Origin: Proteromonas lacertae
Taxonomy: Eukaryota
Length of the DNA stretch: 64,000 nt
Assembly: GCA_002245135.1 (NCBI GenBank)
Contig: NGBS01000877.1
Location: 1 to 64,000, forward strand
Direction of reading: 5' to 3'
Shown here: one piece after another, positions 58,176-64,000 of the stretch
Layout of the letters: the number at the start of each line of letters is the position of its first letter
Position numbering within the stretch: the stretch's first letter is position 1
The notes under the pieces: generated by a model
Databases searched by the model: none
What the model was told of the DNA's origin: nothing
Seen by the model: only the letters and a program-made list of their open reading frames with translations
Made by a program: the position numbers and the translations under genes

Positions 58176-59409
58176 CAATGATGGAACACCTAATACATTA
58201 AAAATACACTGTATTTGTTCTGTTGATTTACTCAACTCAGCTTCAATACTTGCAGATGTTTCATTAAGATGATAACCAGATAACATGAAGTTCACTTTAC
58301 CTGGAAAGAGTGGTAAGATGATTTCATGATTGTCTCTATTTGGATTGACTGTTTGTAATAATTCAGCAATTATACAACCTAATGACCAAATATCAATTTG
58401 GTTGGTATATTCATTCTAATACAAATAATAATAATAATAATAATATAATATATAATACTTGTCTTAAACATAATTCTGGAGCTCTATACCATCTCGTTAC
58501 TACATGTTTTGTCAATGGCCTACATGTCTTAGAAGGTGAATATATATGACATCTCTCTGTATGATTCAATGGTTTTAATGTAATAGATGAATTAATATCT
58601 ATTGAATTACTACTACTATTATCTAATGGAATTCTGTTATTGATTATATCATCTTCTGTGTCTATATTAAATCCAGCTAATTTATAATCATCTTGTGTTC
58701 TGCAACTATTCCCTAAATTCGACGAAGAATTTAGATATATGCTACCTGAATAATTAACCATGATCTACGTATCTAGATAAACCAAAATCAATTATTGTTA
58801 TTTGACCACTTTTTAAAAGTACATTTGAAGGTTTTAAATCACGATGAACTATTCTCATAGACTATTTTCAATAATTAATAATTATAATAGTGTGATTATA
58901 TATACATGTAAATATTTAAGTGAACAAACAATTTGATAAATAATATGTCTAATTTTCTCAGCAGTCATGCCATAAAGCTGATAATTTCTAATTACAGTCT
59001 TTAAATCGTGTCCATGATATTTCTGGACTATCCAAAGATCATTAAAATTCTCTAAATCACTTGGCTCACCAATATCTCTAAAATAATAATATCAACTGTG
59101 TATACAGTATTTTAGCAATATGAGGGTATTTGCACTGTCTTAATATTGTGATCTCACGAAGCGTCCTTCTTGCCGTGATTATATTTCTGAAAATACCTTC
59201 ACAGTGTTTAATAGCAACTCTTAAAAACATTACAATAAATATACATTTCACCTGTGACTGTATCAATACCACTATACACAGTCCCATAGCTTCCTTTGCC
59301 AATCTTGTTGCCTTGCATGTTATATCTAGCAGCTATGTTACTTGGTATCTTACAATACTAATCTATAATATTTAAAACATCATACATCAGTTCCATCATT
59401 CACTTCCAT
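57644..59409 (-). CDS. Atypical MAP kinase with a T-x-H activation motif
   Basis: [71 protein letters not shown]. Six introns and one frame break at ~58757. Confidence 0.88.
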
Positions 59410-59688
59410 CAATACAACGCTTTATCAGTTTTATTCAATTTTCTAACACTTTGTGTAATTATCATTAAATAAACACATTAGTAGTATTATTTATATAGAA
59501 TTAAATGTATTCAACTGATGTGTACACTGAGAGAAGACCATTCATCAAGAAATCGAAATAATTAGTTAAAACCACACTAAAACAACAAATTTCATACATA
59601 TTGCAATTAGATAATAAAACAGATATAAGATTAAAATGTGATTTCTAAATGAACTAACATATTAACTATATTTTCTCTCTCTTTACTC

Positions 59689-62146
59689 TTATATATCATC
59701 AGTATTAGCAGGAGCACTTGGTTCTACACTCTTTGCCATTGAATGACTAGCACGAGATGCATCAGATGGACGAACATTCACAGTTCTAATTGAATCACTT
59801 TGATTATTCTTCTTCTTCTTCTTCTCTACAGATTTACCAATAGCTTTCATTAATGAATCAGGCATATGATCACCACATGTCATCTTATTATACTCCATAT
59901 CTTCACAGAAACACATCATTATACTATCCACAGTCATACCATACAAACCCATGAAACTACTAGATATTAAAAATGCTAATAGTCCAACTAATAATGTAGG
60001 AATGAAATTATTGGTCAACTCGTTAGATCCCCCAATTTGATAGTCATCTCTAGTTGTAAACCAGGCATATGCTATACAAGCACAACCAGAAGTAATAAAG
60101 AACTTAGCTAATGTAATTGCTAATGTTGAAGCTACATTTAAGCCACTTAATGTTCCAATGTTACTGAATATCACACTAAATGCTTCACCAGCTGCACTAC
60201 AGAACCCTTTACCTTTTATAGCAATAATAATATATGCATTTCTACTGATATATTTCACAAACTTCTCTAAACACCATAAACAACAACTACATACACAACA
60301 TAAGCATTTCACCAACTTGTTATTCTTAATTTGCTCTTTAAACTGAGTTTGTATGTATAACAATATTGATCTAATTAGTTGAATAAATGCAATACAGAAT
60401 GAACCACATGCTAATGATCCTAAATGATATTTTAATGCCATTATTAAAGATATCCAACCAGGATGACCAACTACTTCTTTCTTATTTTTATCATTAAATG
60501 GAAGGAAATACCATTGAGCTATTGCACCAGCTAATGTAATCATAAATAAAGCTTGACAAAACTGTTGACTCCAGAAGAAACCGAATAGATTGACCCACAT
60601 TAAATAGAAACTAGCATCATTCATATTAATTTCAGCTGTTGGTAATGGAAATGAACAATTTTGAGTAGATGAATCACAAAATGTATTTTTAATAACTTCA
60701 GGTAATTCATCATATTTCTTACTACTATAATCTAATAGATCAGTGATAGTTTCAGAACCAGCTGTATATATCATCGCTGCACTAAATGAGAAGAATAAAG
60801 CACATATAAATGTCAATATTGTAGGTAATAATGGTAAACAAATTAAACTAGGCATTTTGAAGATTGCATTACTAGCTTCATTCATTACAGCAATAATAAT
60901 TTTAATCTTACGACAACTATATAATATTATAATAATATAATAATATACACTAAGACAATAAATATCAATCCTATCAAGGTCATTGCAATCATAATATAAC
61001 CTGCCACTTCCCAGTAATACTCCACATCTGGACTTGGTTGTAAATAAGACGGTAAACTTGCTTCCCAATCACTAAATTCATCTATTGCACTGGTATTACC
61101 CCAAGGTACAGTTACATTAGGAATTAAGTTATATGGATCAATAACACCGCCTTGATAAAAACAGAATATTGTAAAACAAAACATTAATATCATTACACAT
61201 GCCATAATGCAGTAAATGAAACAACCAATTAGATATTTAAATAAGAAAATAAATACAAAACCTAATAATAGAGAAACTACCAAGCCATTTGTGATTATTA
61301 CCCATCTAGCTGTTGTAATATCAGCTAGCCATCCTCCAATATAAAACTTCCAAGTTCCCATCATCTCGACTAATGGATTATCTTGTGCAGTTGATTGTGT
61401 TTTATATATTGTTGTTAATTCTTTTGTAATACATCGATTATCAGTAGATGAAATTTCTATTCCATCAATTTCTTTAGGATAATAACATTTTTCATCTTTT
61501 AATTTTACATCTTTTATATTGTATATACATCTGTATAATACTGATGAAGTGTTTAATGGAGTAATCCAACAATTATTACAGATTTCATGTGTTAATTTGT
61601 ATGCTTTACTACTACTACATTGAATCACATCATTCACACTTGGTAATACGTTGTTCATCTTATCTTTATATTCATAACTACATACAACTTCACCCATTTG
61701 TGGACAATGGTCCAAACATACTCCAAACATCTTTATACTTGATAAACTAAATCCAGAACTAACTAACTATTGATTTTATATTAAATAGAATATTCAATTA
61801 TACGTTTTTCGTTGATGTAATAAAATCTTCATTTAAACGAGGATAATAGGCATATTTACAATCATTACTTTCACATTTGTCCATCTTTGAACCAACATTA
61901 TCATGTTTTCCACAAACATTTCCTCTGTAATCGTTAGCATACCACAATCTACAATATAGATAAATGGGAAGTATACAAATCACTATTTCCTGTTAAACCA
62001 TAAATAAATAAGGCAATAAAGAGGATCCAAAACACCACAAACACAATACAGCAAGGGAGGTTAGTACACTTCCTACCTTTATATTTATATTCGACCTTTT
62101 CATTTTCATATGTATCAATTTTAGAAGAACCACAGCAGCAACCCAT
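59689..62146 (-). CDS. Choline transporter-like (CTL/SLC44) protein
   Basis: RKCTNLPCC, DYRGNVCG, YHLGSLACGS, CCLWCLEKFVKYISRNAYIIIAI, VDSIMMCFCED. N-terminal MGCCC. Three introns. Confidence 0.93.
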
Positions 62147-62489
62147 CTATAATTTTAAGAGAGTAAATTTTTTAAAAGCAGTTATTTTTTCGAGTTTTTA
62201 AGCCTCACTGACTAAATATTGTTTAACCACATCAAAGACAATTTAAATATAACTATTCATCTTATCTTTACTTATTCAGATATTTATTATTGTTACTTGA
62301 ATAAATAAGAACAAAAGCTTTAGTTTAAGCTATAATTCTTTAAAAGAACCATTACCTCTTATACGGATAATTAAAATAGATAGTAATAGCATTTATAATG
62401 CTTATATGGTTATAAATCTGAGTCTTTTTATTAATCAAGACAACTCAATAAAATGAGTAAACAAATATGAAAAATATCTTTAATTCGAT

Positions 62490-64000
62490 TTAATAATTAT
62501 TAGATTGCATTCTTCTTGTCAATTCAGTAAGTAGAGTCTTATATTGTTCTTTATTAATTATATTCTTACTCTCACCCCACATCAACACGTCAGTCATTGT
62601 ACCAATTGCTTCACTCATCATATCTTCACCTTTCTTTAACATAAACAGATTAGTTGAAGTTAATTCGAAAGTTCCTGGTTCTTGGATCCAAGGTTCACCA
62701 TCCATCTATACATAAATAAAATTATAACGACAATATATATACTTGCATGGCAATTCTTTGTGATAAATGGATCTTTGCTGACTTACATCTTGTAATAAAA
62801 GTTGCTTTTGATAATCCTATATTCATCATTCCAGTATGAATTGTATCATCTAAACCATATATATCAATATATCCATCACAATTACTATGCTCAGTATCAT
62901 CATCAGGATATATCTCAACTCCACCGCAATAATGGTTAATATTTAGAAATACTATACATTGAAATGATTGTAATTCTAATAGTTTATTATCACATTCTAA
63001 TTGAAGAGTAAAACACAAATAACCATTAAAGAAATATTTAACACATATATAAAAATAAAATAAAAATGATATAAATCAGTTAAAACAGCTGGTCCTTCAA
63101 TAAATTCTTCAATTCCTGCTTTAGTATACCATAATTTATTGATTAATCTACTAGTGAATAAATGTGGATTATGTTCTCTATAATTATGAAATTTCATTGT
63201 AACAGATGCATCTAAACCCATTCCCCAATAGCAATTAAATGATTTCTTTATTACATCACTTTTAGACTATAATAATAATAATAATAATAATAATAATTAA
63301 ATATATACTTTTTCTTTTTTATCATTTCTTATTACCACATTCCATCTATCAATATTACAGATTGGTGCACTTCTATATTCATTCAATAAATCTAATACAT
63401 CTTCACCATCATATCCTTTACCCCAATGTAATGTTCGACTCATATCATTACCTGTTCCTAATGGTAATACACCGATTGGAGGAGTATTATCGAATTGTAC
63501 ATTGTCTAAAACATTACTAACCCAATTAACTGAACCTTATAACAATTAAAGATAAATAACAAATATTATTTATTTAAAAAAAAAGGATATATCACCTCCA
63601 CATATCAAAATTCTAAGATTTTTATAATTCTTATAGAAATTTAGAAATTCTGTTGGATTATCGACTGATAAATCACACACTTGAATTGGATTTAATAATT
63701 GACGAAACTATTTTAATTATATATATATATATATATATATGTCAATACTTTTGGTAATAATTTACCTCCCCATAAACCACCAGCTTTTTTATTAATAAAT
63801 ACTATTATCACTTTACTATTATCATTATTATTGATAATTTCATATTCATTCATATTCTTCAAAGCATCTTGAGTAGTTTTCTTCTTTGGAGTAAATTTCT
63901 TTAATGCTGTTTCTAATTTTCTTTTGATTTTCGTTGGTGTATTTATTGGTTTTACAATTAATTCATTGTGGTTTTTATTATTATTAGTTTTTAATCGAAT
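62490..64000 (-). CDS. Diacylglycerol kinase (3' part; 5' end outside the window)
   Basis: FINKKAGG, LLNPIQVCDL, ILICGGD/GSVNWV, LPLGTGNDMSRTLHWG, YWGMGLDA, MQ/MDGEPW. Confidence 0.92.
63017..63072 (-). other. U12-type intron with AT...TT termini (56 nt) in DGK
   Basis: 5' ATATCATTTT; branch-like TTCTTTAAT followed by 8 nt. Removal gives TDLCFTLQLECD in frame. No GT-AG solution found. Confidence 0.65.
63537..63590 (-). other. U12-type intron with AT...AA termini (54 nt) in DGK
   Basis: Perfect U12 5' site ATATCCTTTT; branch-like TCTTTAAT followed by 8 nt. Removal restores the catalytic GGDG motif. Confidence 0.8.

Noticed and set aside
58745..58760. 13-nt GT-AG intron restoring the MAPK frame
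   Set aside because: Implausibly short; one duplicated T (GGTTAAT for GGTAAT) explains it and fits the error pattern elsewhere.

Overview
Very AT-rich, gene-dense eukaryotic DNA with many tiny spliceosomal introns (mostly ~25-45 nt, GTAT...TAG). The intron sizes, gene content and T-x-H MAPK suggest a Blastocystis-like stramenopile; this is an inference. I reconstructed about 22 genes by splicing ORF fragments by hand. Housekeeping genes: NEMF, PP2A catalytic subunit, CLEC16A, MEI2-like, ALG2, WDR54, RIC1, Pumilio, RRP40, ARL1, MAPK, choline transporter-like and DGK. Accessory genes: a Crinkler-type NTPase relic, a CBA1/BtuF-like binding protein fused to TSP1+TM, a 7TM-RGS protein and five pseudokinase-LRR genes. 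Main signals: (1) three U12-type introns (ARL1, DGK x2) start with ATATC but end in AA, AA and TT, each exactly 8 nt after a TTAAT branch motif, suggesting distance-defined 3' splice sites; (2) a modular pseudokinase-LRR family, including a kinase-pseudokinase-LRR fusion joined at a conserved intron; (3) a 216-bp inverted copy of a CLEC16A exon segment next to one family member; (4) a recurrent CAAGC(C/T)T motif upstream of start codons. Several single-base frameshifts look like assembly errors.
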